From Candidatus Woesearchaeota archaeon (GTDB lineage: Archaea; Nanobdellota; Nanobdellia; Pacearchaeales; GW2011-AR1), in assembly GCA_964651965.1 (NCBI GenBank), contig CAZYZS010000002.1, positions 17,164-81,163 of the forward strand: a DNA stretch of 64,000 nucleotides. The letters run 5' to 3'. A model generated the notes under the pieces. The model did no database searches and was not told the origin of the DNA. It saw only the letters and a list, made by a program, of their open reading frames with translations. Positions within the stretch are counted from its first letter, which is position 1. Each line of letters begins with the position of its first letter. Positions 17,429 through 27,434 of the stretch are shown here, piece after piece. A program made the position numbers and the translations under genes.

Positions 17429-18121
17429 ATGAAAACAATAGGGCTTCTTGGGGGCATGAGCTGGAAATCATCTCTAGAGTATTATAGGATAATAAACGAA
17501 ACCATCCAAAAGAGATTGGGCGGTTGGAATTCAGCAAAGATAATTCTTTATTCTGTAAACTTTGATGAAATAGACCTAGAACATCAAACAAAAGATTGGC
17601 AAAAATCCGACGGCATCTTAATAAATGCTGCAAAATCTCTAGAAAAAGGAGGAGCCGATCTTATCGTTATTTGCTGTAATACCGCGCATGTGCTTTATGA
17701 AGAGCTCCAAAAAAATGTTAAAATACCTATTTTGCATATTGCAGATGCAACAGCAGAAAAGATTAAAGCTGAAAAAATTAAGAAAGTAGGGCTTTTAGGA
17801 ACAAAACTTACCATGGATGAAGAATTTTATAAAGGGAGATTAGAGAAAAAGTACGGGCTTACTGTTATTGTTCCAACAGAAAAGGAAAAAGAGGCAGTTC
17901 ATACGGGGATAAACAGCATAATTCAAGGAAAAACAAACTTAGACATGAAAAGGCAATTTATTCAAATTATTAAAAATTTGGTTAAAAATGGTGCAGAGGC
18001 AGTAATCCTCGGCTGCACAGAAATCCCGCTGGTAGTCTCTCAAAAAGACGTAAACACGCGATTATTTGATACTGCGAGGATTCATGCCGAGAGTGCTGCA
18101 GAACATTCTTTAGAAAATTAA
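17429..18121 (+). CDS. Aspartate/glutamate racemase family protein (RacX/YgeA type)
   Basis: MKTIGLLGGMSW, CCNTAH, LLGT, ILGCTEI. Confidence 0.92.
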   Translation: MKTIGLLGGMSWKSSLEYYRIINETIQKRLGGWNSAKIILYSVNFDEIDLEHQTKDWQKSDGILINAAKSLEKGGADLIVICCNTAHVLYEELQKNVKIPILHIADATAEKIKAEKIKKVGLLGTKLTMDEEFYKGRLEKKYGLTVIVPTEKEKEAVHTGINSIIQGKTNLDMKRQFIQIIKNLVKNGAEAVILGCTEIPLVVSQKDVNTRLFDTARIHAESAAEHSLEN

Positions 18122-18163
18122 ACAAACAGCAACACTTTTAAACCCCCAATTTCTAATTTAGCC

Positions 18164-18313
18164 ATGGTCATAAAAGTATGTAGAGACTGCAAAAAAGAAT
18201 TCGATGCCCCTAAGTCAAGGTATCCTCGCAAGTACTGTGATAAATGCTCGGCTCAGAGAAAAAAAGACTACGAGAATATTCACTTAGTGACTATTGACGA
18301 ATGTGAAGACTAA
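18164..18313 (+). CDS. Small zinc-finger protein (49 aa)
   Basis: Manual translation MVIKVCRDCKKEF...RKYCDKCS; two CxxC motifs. Confidence 0.7.
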   Translation: MVIKVCRDCKKEFDAPKSRYPRKYCDKCSAQRKKDYENIHLVTIDECED

Positions 18314-18323
18314 AACCTATTTC

Positions 18324-18788
18324 TTATAGAGAAAGGTAATTTAAAACAGAAGCAAATCCTACCCACAACAAGTAAGGAACTAAAAGATACGCCGCTTTTT
18401 TGCTTATTTTATGTGCAATTAAAATCATCGCAACAATAGAGGCTTCTAAAAGAATTATATCTGCAAATGCGAGCGCAGGATTCTTCAAGAAAAAATAAAA
18501 GTAACTCCAGGCAATATTAAGAATGAAATTTATTACAAAAACAAGTGCGACTTTCTTTTTACTCTTCCCCTCTGCGCTGTTCCACGCAAAATATAAGGAT
18601 AGTGCAATTAAGAAAAATAAAATGTTCCAGACAATTGGAAAGACCCGCCCAGGAGGGGTTATCGAAGGCTTTATAGATTCATACCATTCTCCGCTCGTAT
18701 TTCCGGCAGTAAAAATGCTTCCTGCTGCTGCAACAAGATAAACAATAATCAAACTTGCAATAAGAACCTTCCAATTTATTTTAGCCAT
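18324..18788 (-). CDS. tspO: TspO/MBR tryptophan-rich sensory protein
   Basis: WYESIKPSITPPGRVFPIVW, LNIAWS, LLVPYLLWVGFASVLN. Confidence 0.92.
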   Translation of the reverse strand: MAKINWKVLIASLIIVYLVAAAGSIFTAGNTSGEWYESIKPSITPPGRVFPIVWNILFFLIALSLYFAWNSAEGKSKKKVALVFVINFILNIAWSYFYFFLKNPALAFADIILLEASIVAMILIAHKISKKAAYLLVPYLLWVGFASVLNYLSL

Positions 18789-18789
18789 T

Positions 18790-19062
18790 TTATTTTTTCC
18801 ATCTTTTTAAGTTAGGCAGAGTTGTTTCTGCCAAAGTTCTTGCCTGATTTTCAGTCATGCCCAGCTGCTCTACACTTATTTTAACTAATTTTTCAATCTT
18901 CTCGTTGAGAGTTATACCTTTGTCTGTGAATTCCCCTTGCCTGTAGCAGAAACAACAATAATTTTCACTTGGTTCCCCATTTTTCTCTCTGCCAAAATCC
19001 TCTTCTTTTTTCATCGGCATCCCACAACTCTGGCAAATAATTTTTCTATTTAATACTTCCAT
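18790..19062 (-). CDS. Zinc-ribbon domain protein
   Basis: CQSCGMPM...YCCFCY..GEF...LPNLKRW. Confidence 0.85.
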   Translation of the reverse strand: MEVLNRKIICQSCGMPMKKEEDFGREKNGEPSENYCCFCYRQGEFTDKGITLNEKIEKLVKISVEQLGMTENQARTLAETTLPNLKRWKK

Positions 19063-19063
19063 C

Positions 19064-19423
19064 TTAACCCAATTCCTTTATCTCATTTACTTCAATTACT
19101 ATCGCCCCTTTTGCAGGATAGCCTTTGTTTTCTTCTAACTCTTTAACAAATTCTACCCATTTTCCAGAATCAAAATATTCTGCTTTCCCATTAATCCTAT
19201 AACCTTTCTCTTCTCCTTCTTTTCCGTACCAGAAAACTAGAGAAACATTCGGATTTTTCTTTATATTCTCGACTGTTGACTTCATGTAGTTATCTGTTAA
19301 GATTATCTTATCGTCTTTTATTTTTACGCAAGCAACACTTATATTATGAGGTTGATTTTTTTCATCGACTGTTGCTACTGCAACTATTGCCTTTTCAATT
19401 TTTTTTATCTTCTGAATATCCAT
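19064..19423 (-). CDS. Pyridoxamine 5'-phosphate oxidase-like FMN-binding protein
   Basis: [36 protein letters not shown]. Confidence 0.85.
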   Translation of the reverse strand: MDIQKIKKIEKAIVAVATVDEKNQPHNISVACVKIKDDKIILTDNYMKSTVENIKKNPNVSLVFWYGKEGEEKGYRINGKAEYFDSGKWVEFVKELEENKGYPAKGAIVIEVNEIKELG

Positions 19424-19632
19424 TTTCTCTTTTCCTTTTTTTCTTCGAATATAAACAATTCATCAATCGTTGTTTTTAAAACTTTTGCAACTTCATGCGC
19501 CAACTGTAAAGAAGGATTGTATTTCCCTTGCTCAAGAAAGACAATTGTCTCTCTTCTTACTCCTGCTTTTTTAGCTAGCTCTTCTTGAGTAAGGTTATAT
19601 TTCGCTCTAAATTCTTTAATTCGCGTTTTCAT
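19405..19632 (-). CDS. XRE-family HTH regulator
   Basis: [32 protein letters not shown]. Confidence 0.92.
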   Translation of the reverse strand: MKTRIKEFRAKYNLTQEELAKKAGVRRETIVFLEQGKYNPSLQLAHEVAKVLKTTIDELFIFEEKKEKRKWIFRR

Positions 19633-19654
19633 CTTTTCCCTTAATCTTTTGGAT

Positions 19655-20089
19655 TTAAATCTCTTTTCTGTTATAATACAGCCAGAATATCAAAAATAAG
19701 AGAGCCATTCCTCCAACTCCAACGCCCGCTGCCTGACTTACATCTCTGAATCTTATTAGCCCATGTGAAAAGTAACCTATTGCCAGAAACAGATAAAGCG
19801 AAACGTAAAATGCAGTAGAGCTTGCTTTTTCAATTACTCTCCTGCTTCTCTCGTCCTTTATGGGATACCCTTCTCTTAAGTCTCTGTTTCCTCTAACAAA
19901 AACAAAGATGGCAAACACAAGTATAGTTATTGCAATAATTGCTCCCAGCACTGCCCCAGTAAAATCTCCATCCATAGAAGAGGTTATCACCCACAAAATT
20001 CCTGTTGCGATTACAAACAAGCTTACGATCATTATAGCTATCAGCCTTATCTTGTCTCTCCTTGCTGTTTTATTTGATTTTTGTTTCAT
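19655..20089 (-). CDS. Membrane protein (DUF2178-like)
   Basis: Four TM segments with DERS..VIEKAS motif, typically paired with this XRE regulator. Confidence 0.75.
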   Translation of the reverse strand: MKQKSNKTARRDKIRLIAIMIVSLFVIATGILWVITSSMDGDFTGAVLGAIIAITILVFAIFVFVRGNRDLREGYPIKDERSRRVIEKASSTAFYVSLYLFLAIGYFSHGLIRFRDVSQAAGVGVGGMALLFLIFWLYYNRKEI

Positions 20090-20090
20090 T

Positions 20091-20132
20091 TTTCTAACTT
20101 TATGTTATATTTAATTAACAATATGTTAGAAA
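20091..20132. promoter_or_regulatory. Tandem palindromic operator (TAAC-N5-GTTA x2), probably bound by the XRE regulator
   Basis: TTTCTAACTTTATGTTA...TAACAATATGTTAGAAA immediately upstream of the operon start. Confidence 0.55.
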
Positions 20133-20183
20133 TAAATAACACTAGTATTTAAATCTTCCGTTTTTCCTTTTAAAACTTGTTTT

Positions 20184-22106
20184 TTACCTTTTCTGAAAAA
20201 CTCGTGAATCCGGAGAAAGAAGATAAACGTGGTCGTCTTTGCTTCTTAATCCTCGATATATTTTTTGAAGGAACTCTCTTCTCGCCTTGTCGATATAAAA
20301 GCTGTTGTAATGTTCTGGATTGGTTTTCTTTAAAACCCTCCAGAATAGAGAGCTTACATTTGGATAAGGATACTTTGTAAGTATTGTGCTGTTGCACATC
20401 TCTCCTGGAAAATCCGCCCCCCTACCACATTTGGTTGTGTAAAGTAGGTCTATTTCCCCCCTCTTGAACTTTTCTACCTCTTTTTCTGCATTTTTCTGCT
20501 CTTCAATTAATCTTTCTTGGGTCATTAGGTTTAGACTATACTTCCTCGCCTCTTCTTCAGTCGGTAAATCCTTAAACGCATTTACATGCACCAGAACTGG
20601 CCTTTTTGCCTGTGCGACGCATCTGGATAGTGCAAACAAGTATTGCCCCCTATTTACCCTTCCCCTTTTAAAATTCTCATAACTGCAGTCTCTTTCATAT
20701 CCTGTTTTGAACTCGCTTACTTTCCCAGGCATCTTGGTTTCTGCTTCAATGACCTTGAAGTTCGTTATACCGAATATATCTTTTAAAACTTCTTCGGAAT
20801 GCAATGTTCCTGACATTAGCACTAAAGCCTTGTTTTTTTCCTGCAGTTCGCGAAATCTTTTCTCCAAGTTAGTTGTAACTAATCTGACAAGAATATCTTT
20901 TTCCTCCTTGTAAAAAGAAACGTAAGTTTCATTAAAAAATCCAAAAAAAGTCTTAGCCACTTTATCGCAATGATAACAATAGTTCTCTTCATCGCACTCC
21001 ACTGAATTCATCAATCCTGAATCCAAAAACTGTTTTAATATAAGGTAAATTTTTGTCTCTTTTAGGGGAATTATTTTATCCTCGCGAATATATCTTGTTA
21101 TTTCCTCATCTTTCAGCGCTAGGCTCACTAGCCTTGTTACCTCGCTTATAGCTTCGCCTATCTCTGCGCCTTCAGGATAGAGTGAGCCCAGTGCAAAAAT
21201 TAGCCTGTTAAGATTAAGCTTTTCTTGATTTGACAAGCTGTCTAAAAATTCATCGCATTCGTCTATTATTTCCACGTCTGTTGCAGGCTTTCGGTCCATC
21301 AGGCTCTCTAGCTTGTATTTTTCGCTGTTAAATATTATAACATCAGAATCAGCATACGACTCAAACTGGTCGTAATATCCACATCCTTTTTTTCTTTTGT
21401 AGATAGTATACTCTTTGTTCTGCAGCCCTTTATAGTTTAGTTTGAAAGAATCTTCCAGCAGGCTTGTAACTATCTCGCTCGGCATTATTGGACTCCAATA
21501 AGGACATATAGGCGCTATTGATAGCCTTCTTACCATGTTGACGTTGTTGAAATTATAGAGCCTAACTTTAGGATTCTTGCTTAAATAGCCGGATATTTTT
21601 TTAAAGTTTTTTTCTTTGATTTCTATTGTGCAAGGAAGAAGGGGATTATCGCAAGATTCCTCTTTCTTGCTTTTAAATTCTGTAACAATAGAATTCTCAA
21701 AAATGCCCAATTCGCTCAGCTTCGCATTTTTTTCAGTCTTCTCTATCTTTAGGTTCTCTTCCTGCAAAAAAGGGCAGGAATAATTCTGTCTGCCAGTTAT
21801 TATTTTTATCTTTAATTTCTGTCCATTTTTCAGTAGATATTTCCTGTTGGTATAATCTTCTTCATATTGCCTCTGCAGAGCTCTTGCCGGAACAACAACG
21901 CTTGCTCTTCCGAGCTCTTTTGCTATGTTAAGTGCAATGCTTGATTTGCCTGTTCCGCATACCCCTCTTATAAATATGACTCTTGCTCCTTTTTTTATCT
22001 CTTCCACGATTTCCTTTACTATATCTTCCTGATTTTTTCCATTGGAAAAAGCCAGAGGCTCAAGAAACTTCTCTTCTTCTCCAGTTTTTTCATATAAGCT
22101 CCACAT
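20184..22106 (-). CDS. SF2 helicase, DinG/XPD-like
   Basis: GVCGTGKS, IIDECD, LMSGTL, RGADFPG, FLQKIYRGLR; Cys residues compatible with an Fe-S cluster. Confidence 0.85.
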   Translation of the reverse strand: MWSLYEKTGEEEKFLEPLAFSNGKNQEDIVKEIVEEIKKGARVIFIRGVCGTGKSSIALNIAKELGRASVVVPARALQRQYEEDYTNRKYLLKNGQKLKIKIITGRQNYSCPFLQEENLKIEKTEKNAKLSELGIFENSIVTEFKSKKEESCDNPLLPCTIEIKEKNFKKISGYLSKNPKVRLYNFNNVNMVRRLSIAPICPYWSPIMPSEIVTSLLEDSFKLNYKGLQNKEYTIYKRKKGCGYYDQFESYADSDVIIFNSEKYKLESLMDRKPATDVEIIDECDEFLDSLSNQEKLNLNRLIFALGSLYPEGAEIGEAISEVTRLVSLALKDEEITRYIREDKIIPLKETKIYLILKQFLDSGLMNSVECDEENYCYHCDKVAKTFFGFFNETYVSFYKEEKDILVRLVTTNLEKRFRELQEKNKALVLMSGTLHSEEVLKDIFGITNFKVIEAETKMPGKVSEFKTGYERDCSYENFKRGRVNRGQYLFALSRCVAQAKRPVLVHVNAFKDLPTEEEARKYSLNLMTQERLIEEQKNAEKEVEKFKRGEIDLLYTTKCGRGADFPGEMCNSTILTKYPYPNVSSLFWRVLKKTNPEHYNSFYIDKARREFLQKIYRGLRSKDDHVYLLSPDSRVFQKR

Positions 22107-22219
22107 TTTAAAAGAGGAATAAATAAGCAGATTAATAAAGATTGCTTTAAACTATATACTCGATTATATTTTTTCTAATATATAAATGGATTTATTATCA
22201 AATTGCCTTTTTTAAGTTT

Positions 22220-22852
22220 ATGGAAGGAGTTTGGACCGCCTTAGCAGTAGATGAGCGTTATAGGGGAAAAGGAAAGCATCAAGAAGTTTTATACTGCGGG
22301 GTAGGCCTTGATGGAGACCCGACTGAAGTGGAGATAGGGCAAGAACGCCTCCCTCAAAGATTAGGAGACAAAGAGGCCTTGGCGGCAAACTTGGAGAAGA
22401 GGGCTCATTCTTTTTGCCTTGTTAGTACAAGGGACTTAAATAGGATACATCCTAAAAAGAGAATCGCAGTTATATTGGCGGGACTCCTGTTCAGAGAACC
22501 CGTAGACCGGATTAATGGTATCAAAATTTATGTTGATGGAGAATTAAACGATCCTTCAAAAGGCATGATAAAAATCGCAGTAAATCGCGTAACGAGAATC
22601 CCTCGGAGATTAGTTCATGTTTATTGTGGGAGACATTTAGATTCTCATCAGCCTTTAACAAATTTAGCTCATAGGGCCGCTTCCTACTTATTAGGATTAC
22701 CAGAAGAGACACTCTACTCACACGAGAGAAGAAAACTTCTGCCTGTTTGGCAATTAGAGGACCCTCTTCATTTAGATCTGTCGGTGGACGAACTCAGAAG
22801 ATATCAAATAAAATCGCCAGTAAGAGCCTTACAAGCCCATCTCGGTTTATAA
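22220..22852 (+). CDS. Hypothetical protein, possible RNase H-like fold
   Basis: AVDE and IYVDG acidic motifs; fold assignment weak. Confidence 0.55.
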   Translation: MEGVWTALAVDERYRGKGKHQEVLYCGVGLDGDPTEVEIGQERLPQRLGDKEALAANLEKRAHSFCLVSTRDLNRIHPKKRIAVILAGLLFREPVDRINGIKIYVDGELNDPSKGMIKIAVNRVTRIPRRLVHVYCGRHLDSHQPLTNLAHRAASYLLGLPEETLYSHERRKLLPVWQLEDPLHLDLSVDELRRYQIKSPVRALQAHLGL

Positions 22853-23119
22853 TCCGAAATTGTTAATAAAATTTTCAATGACTCTATACTCCTCGAGAAA
22901 ATTATTTCCTTTCGGGGTGAGTGAAAATGTTTTTTTATCATCTTTGTTCACATCCAATTTTATAAAATTTTTTCCAATTAATTCGTTTATGTATTCTTTA
23001 AACATCTGAGGAGAAAGGTTAGAGGCGTATAGCAGCCTTGTTGGTTTGATATTCCTGCTCTCTCTGATTGCCATTAGAATGTCCTTGATTACATCTAAAC
23101 GCTCCCTTTTCTTAGCCAT
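22847..23119 (-). CDS. Archaeal winged-HTH transcription regulator
   Basis: RERLDVIKDIL...KPTRLLYASNLS...Y...L...LTPKG. Confidence 0.88.
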   Translation of the reverse strand: MAKKRERLDVIKDILMAIRESRNIKPTRLLYASNLSPQMFKEYINELIGKNFIKLDVNKDDKKTFSLTPKGNNFLEEYRVIENFINNFGL

Positions 23120-23816
23120 TTTTTATTCTCTTTTGTTTTTTTGTTGCATTCATAACTCCATATAGAAATAAAAAGAAGATGAGGATATTTAAAATATAAA
23201 TTCCCACAACCCCGCCCTTATGCCAATTGAAAAATGTGGCGACTAAGAAATTAGCAAGCCAAGCAATAAGATTTAAGATAATGACTATAAGATATAGTCT
23301 GAGAAACCCGCTCTTCTTAGATTTTTTATAGTTCTCATAGCTTATTATCGAGGCAGAGAGGAATAAAATAATCTGCAATAAAAACATAAACAGATAAGTT
23401 GCCCACAAATAATCTAGTACAACAACAATTAAGGCGAGCAAATAAAATACAGCAAATCTCAAGTTGAATAAAGAGCTATGTATGCCTCTTTCTGGCTCGA
23501 ACTTCTTCCATATCAGGCTATATAAGAGAGAAAATCCAGCCATAATCAAGAAAAACTCAAATACCCCTCTTATAAGAAACTGGTATAACCAGTAGGGCTC
23601 ACCTAAAAAGTAAAAGATACTTAGAACGTATCTCATGATAAATGCCAAGCCGTAAAAAAAGAACGCGTTTCTAAAATACCTTATCCCCTGATGAGAACTT
23701 AGCTTAAATAGTCGGTGGGTTCTTAAGACTATCAAAAAGCAGATTAGGCCTATTATTAAGGTATAAACTAATTTGAATGTCTCTTTGTTTGCCCAAACAA
23801 AGTCGTATAAGTACAT
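23112..23816 (-). CDS. Polytopic membrane protein
   Basis: ~7 hydrophobic segments; overlaps start of wHTH gene. Confidence 0.8.
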   Translation of the reverse strand: MYLYDFVWANKETFKLVYTLIIGLICFLIVLRTHRLFKLSSHQGIRYFRNAFFFYGLAFIMRYVLSIFYFLGEPYWLYQFLIRGVFEFFLIMAGFSLLYSLIWKKFEPERGIHSSLFNLRFAVFYLLALIVVVLDYLWATYLFMFLLQIILFLSASIISYENYKKSKKSGFLRLYLIVIILNLIAWLANFLVATFFNWHKGGVVGIYILNILIFFLFLYGVMNATKKQKRIKNG

Positions 23817-23944
23817 ACCTTTCTGTCACTTTTTATTTATTTAAAGTTTTATATAAGGAAATATAGATTATTGGTATATATCTTATTTATTTACTTTTTC
23901 TTCTGAGGCTTTATAAAGCAGATTTATTTTAAATAAGTATAAAA

Positions 23945-24075
23945 TTCAAAGGGGAGCGGGTTTACACCACTCTTTATCCCGCTCCCTCCTTTCAATCAAG
24001 AAAAAATAACACCTCTGAATCAGGCCTGTGTAATTAAATTTAAGGCACTCCATTCTTTGCATGGGCCTGATAGTT
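23945..24075 (+). ncRNA. Candidate structured ncRNA (two hairpins)
   Basis: GGGAGCGGG/CCCGCTCCC stem and a 15-bp stem (24019-24033/24057-24071) completed by three G-U pairs on the + strand; TATA-like TTTATAAA ~23910. Confidence 0.4.
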
Positions 24076-24129
24076 TTCTTTTTATCTCGATAGTTGCCTT
24101 TAAAATAGCAAGTTTTCTGTAAGACTCGT

Positions 24130-24501
24130 TTAGGATTTTTTACCCTCTTTTAAGCGCGGGTCGTATCCTCCTTGTTCTATTTGGAGGGAAGGAGGGTTAT
24201 AGCCCCCTTCTTGAAAACACCTGGTCATTTTTATATGCCAAGCTACCAATGGAATCAATTCTTGGGGGAGCTCTATCATTGCCTGGCCCGCCCCTAAACT
24301 TTCTTCTACCTTCTCCCTATCATTCGGGTCTGCAGATTCTCCTACAACAAAATAACCCGTCCGTGCGCCCCCGTCCCTATTTTTTCCATCATGGTATACA
24401 GATACTCTATGTCCATGAGCTGTATAAGTCACTTTTCCTTTAAGCCCTTCTCTTGGAGAGATTGTTAATTCTCCTCTTATTTCTACCACATCTTCATCCA
24501 T
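24130..24501 (-). CDS. Hypothetical protein
   Basis: 123-aa ORF divergent from xerA. Confidence 0.6.
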   Translation of the reverse strand: MDEDVVEIRGELTISPREGLKGKVTYTAHGHRVSVYHDGKNRDGGARTGYFVVGESADPNDREKVEESLGAGQAMIELPQELIPLVAWHIKMTRCFQEGGYNPPSLQIEQGGYDPRLKEGKKS

Positions 24502-24572
24502 CTTTTTTCATGCCCTTTTCAGTTTATAAGCTTTTATGGAGTAAAAAGTATAATTCACAACCTATTTAAAGA

Positions 24573-24600
24573 GGTTCGCACAACTCTCTTTATGAATAAA
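24573..24600 (+). other. dif-like Xer site overlapping the xerA start codon
   Basis: GGTTCGCACAA-CTCTCT-TTATGAATAAA, 11-6-11 layout resembling E. coli dif GGTGCGCATAA-TGTATA-TTATGTTAAAT. Confidence 0.65.
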
Positions 24601-25428
24601 GAGGAATTTTTAAAAAAGATTGAAACCGAGCTAAAAATATCTAAAAATTCTGCTTACACCATTCGCAATTATGTTGCCTACAACGCCGCCCTTCTTGAAT
24701 TTTCTAAAAAAACTCCAGAAGAACTATCTTTAGATGACGTTAAACTTTACATAGCAGAACATTTGACAGAAAAATCTTCTTCTTCAGTTATACTTTTTCT
24801 TGCGGCAATTAAATATGCCCATTCTACAATATTTTCACGAGATATTACAGCAGGAATAAAACGCCCAAAAAAAGAAAAGAAAATACCAACAGTCCTCTCA
24901 AAAGAAGAGATAAAAGCGCTTCTATCTTCAATAACCAATTCAAAAAGTAAGCTGATGATAAGCCTATTGTATGCCTGCGGTTTTAGGGTTTCTGAGTTAG
25001 TTAACCTTAAAATACGAGATTTAGATTTCAACAATAAAGTAGGGCATGCAAGGCAGGCGAAAGGAAAAAAAGATAGGACTTTTAATATCCCAGAATTTCT
25101 TGTTTTGGTCTTGATGCAGCGAGCAGAAAAACAAAAATCACTCAATCAAGAGTATCTTTTCACAGGCCCAAAAGGCCGGTTATCTTCAAGAAACGTACAA
25201 AAAATTGTTAAAAAAGCAGCGAAAAAAGCAGGAATAGAAAAAGAAGTCCATCCCCATACCCTCAGACATTCTTTCGCCACTCACCTTCTTGAAAATGGAA
25301 CAGACATAAGGATGATACAGGAATTACTTGGACACAGCGACCTCAGCACAACACAAATATATACTCATATTTCTAATGAAGAACTAAAGAAAATAAAAAG
25401 CCCAATTGATAGTTTAATGAAAGAATAA
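24592..25428 (+). CDS. xerA: XerA/XerD-like tyrosine recombinase
   Basis: LLYACGFRVSEL, KGKKDR, HPHTLRHSFATHLLE, QELLGHSDLSTTQIYTH. Confidence 0.92.
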   Translation: MNKEEFLKKIETELKISKNSAYTIRNYVAYNAALLEFSKKTPEELSLDDVKLYIAEHLTEKSSSSVILFLAAIKYAHSTIFSRDITAGIKRPKKEKKIPTVLSKEEIKALLSSITNSKSKLMISLLYACGFRVSELVNLKIRDLDFNNKVGHARQAKGKKDRTFNIPEFLVLVLMQRAEKQKSLNQEYLFTGPKGRLSSRNVQKIVKKAAKKAGIEKEVHPHTLRHSFATHLLENGTDIRMIQELLGHSDLSTTQIYTHISNEELKKIKSPIDSLMKE

Positions 25429-25430
25429 GC

Positions 25431-25631
25431 TTATTTCTTAAATATCTTAAATCCAACTATTGCGCAATTTACATAAAATAAACCCATTAAAACAGGTTCG
25501 ATAGTAAAAAGGTTTCCTTTTATTATTACCATTTGGAGCGCGTAATAGGCAACAACCAAGAGAAACGCGCTTATGATTATCTTTATAGAATAGTTAATTG
25601 CAATATCTCTGTCTGTATTTTTAGATTCCAT
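25431..25631 (-). CDS. Small membrane protein
   Basis: 66 aa, two hydrophobic segments. Confidence 0.55.
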   Translation of the reverse strand: MESKNTDRDIAINYSIKIIISAFLLVVAYYALQMVIIKGNLFTIEPVLMGLFYVNCAIVGFKIFKK

Positions 25632-25665
25632 GTTCTTATTAAGTATTTGCCCATTTTAAATTTTT

Positions 25666-26055
25666 CTATGCTGCATGCGCCCAAAAATACGGAGAGTCCG
25701 CAGCCTTGTCTGTTTGGGTTTCATCATAGGATTTTTGCCATGAATGTATTGTCTCGTGTCTTTTAGTATGGCCTTTTAAGCCCCAAAAAGTATCCCATCC
25801 AACAGTCATTGAGTGTCTCAACCACTCGTATAATCCTAAAACTTGCCATCCATCTCCGTGCGGGAGATAAGATAGCGGTTTTTCATCTTCCAAGACTCCA
25901 TCGTACTCTCCAGAACGAGTATGCAGATAAGGATGAAGATAAATTATTTTAGGTTCTTCTCGCCTATAAGTTCCATCTAATCTCTCTTCTAACTTTTCTC
26001 TTTTTCTTTCTTTCTCCTGCTTTTCTTTTTCTGCTTGAAAATTAATGATCTTCAT
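25666..26055 (-). CDS. Hypothetical protein with HExxH motif
   Basis: RHETIH...E motif suggests a minimal zincin-like domain. Confidence 0.55.
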   Translation of the reverse strand: MKIINFQAEKEKQEKERKREKLEERLDGTYRREEPKIIYLHPYLHTRSGEYDGVLEDEKPLSYLPHGDGWQVLGLYEWLRHSMTVGWDTFWGLKGHTKRHETIHSWQKSYDETQTDKAADSPYFWAHAA

Positions 26056-26169
26056 GTAGTTAATCTTAAATCTTCATTTATATTCTTTTTGCCAATATAG
26101 ACAAAATGTGGTTTTGGCTTTTTTTGTAGTTGTTTTAGTTCTTGCTAAACCTCTTGGCTAATTAAATAG

Positions 26170-26685
26170 CTAAATATAAACTTCATCCTCATCGACTACT
26201 GCTATATCTGCTAATAAATCTATACATGCCTGTGCGATCTCCTCTGGATTTCCATTTGGGTTAATACTTAAAAAATTTTTATAAGCGCTTTCTTCAGGCG
26301 GCTCGATAACTACGCCATGAAACTCTGGCCCCAATATATCTTCTGCATCTCCAACAACAATAGAAAGACCTTCTGGAATATATGGACCATACTCTTCTCT
26401 TAGTTCCCGTTGTCTTTGTCTTATAAAATTGGGCTTTCTTGAGTGCCCTGCATAGGCGATTACTAAACAGCTGCCCTCTAGATCGTCTCTTAGCCTATCT
26501 AGAAGTTCTCGACGCTCATTCCCAACTTCGTAGAATGCTACTGGTTTTGTAAAATGCGCGAAAAAATCAAAGGTCCTCCCCGCAGGAGTGCAACACGGCA
26601 CCCAAACAGTTTTACCTGTAGCTCTTCTGTCTTGCGGCCCTTGCCTTACTGTCATTTGGTTTATAGGCCTCCTTACGTCTAACAT
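26170..26685 (-). CDS. Hypothetical protein (true start probably downstream of rps9 stop)
   Basis: ORF track; 5' part overlaps rps9. Confidence 0.45.
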   Translation of the reverse strand: MLDVRRPINQMTVRQGPQDRRATGKTVWVPCCTPAGRTFDFFAHFTKPVAFYEVGNERRELLDRLRDDLEGSCLVIAYAGHSRKPNFIRQRQRELREEYGPYIPEGLSIVVGDAEDILGPEFHGVVIEPPEESAYKNFLSINPNGNPEEIAQACIDLLADIAVVDEDEVYI

Positions 26686-27025
26686 CTGCTATCAAAAGAT
26701 TCCTATCGTAATTGAGAAATGCTTTTCTTAATTCTACAGACTTTGTGAAATTGGCTATTGCCCTGGCTATTGCAAGCCTTGCAGCCTCTATTTGTCCTTG
26801 CTGTCCTCCGCCTTTAACTTTTACATCTATATCAAAATCAAATTTGCCTCGCGTGTTTTTAGTTATCTCGATAGGCTCCTGTATCATTAGCCTGTGGAAT
26901 TCATCTAAATTTTCGTATGGCCTCTTGTTGATTGTAACTCTCCCGCTTCCTTCTTGGATAAGCGCTTTGGCTACTGCAGTCTTTCTCTTCCCTACTACCA
27001 TAAGTTTTCCTTGTTTCTTTACCAT
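26612..27025 (-). CDS. rps9: 30S ribosomal protein S9
   Basis: GKRKTAVA, VKGGG..GQIEAARLAIARA, ARAARQKSYR. Confidence 0.97.
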   Translation of the reverse strand: MVKKQGKLMVVGKRKTAVAKALIQEGSGRVTINKRPYENLDEFHRLMIQEPIEITKNTRGKFDFDIDVKVKGGGQQGQIEAARLAIARAIANFTKSVELRKAFLNYDRNLLIADVRRKEAYKPNDSKARAARQKSYR

Positions 27026-27029
27026 TTTG

Positions 27030-27434
27030 TTATATTTTCTTTGAAACCTCTTCAACTGAAATATAAGCTGTATGTTTTTCTTTTCCAGCTTTTATTAGCT
27101 TTTCATTTTTGTACTCTTCTGGAATGCCTTTGTAGCATAATATTCTTCTAAACGCCTCTTTTCCTTTTCCTGTCCGATAATTTGGGAGCATCCCCCTTAT
27201 AGTCCTTTTTACTATTCTTTCAGCTGTCCCTGGAAAATTCGGCCCCCTCAAAGCAGTTCCTCCTTTGGACCTTTTTTCTTTGTATGTTTTGATTATGCCT
27301 ATCTTTTTGCCTGTTATTATCGCTTTTTCTGAATTGAGTACCACTACCTTCTTACCCTGCAATGCCTGTTTAGCTGCATAACTAGATAGCCTTCCCAAGG
27401 TTGCATTAGTAGCATCAATAATTATGGTCTTCAT
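27030..27434 (-). CDS. rpl13: 50S ribosomal protein L13
   Basis: IIDATNATLGRLSSYAAK, RTIRGMLP. Confidence 0.97.
   Translation of the reverse strand: MKTIIIDATNATLGRLSSYAAKQALQGKKVVVLNSEKAIITGKKIGIIKTYKEKRSKGGTALRGPNFPGTAERIVKRTIRGMLPNYRTGKGKEAFRRILCYKGIPEEYKNEKLIKAGKEKHTAYISVEEVSKKI

Noticed and set aside
24592..25428. Integron integrase
   Set aside because: 278 aa, lacks the IntI-specific insertion; no attC-like RYYYAAC...GTTRRRY hairpins recognised; best read as XerA
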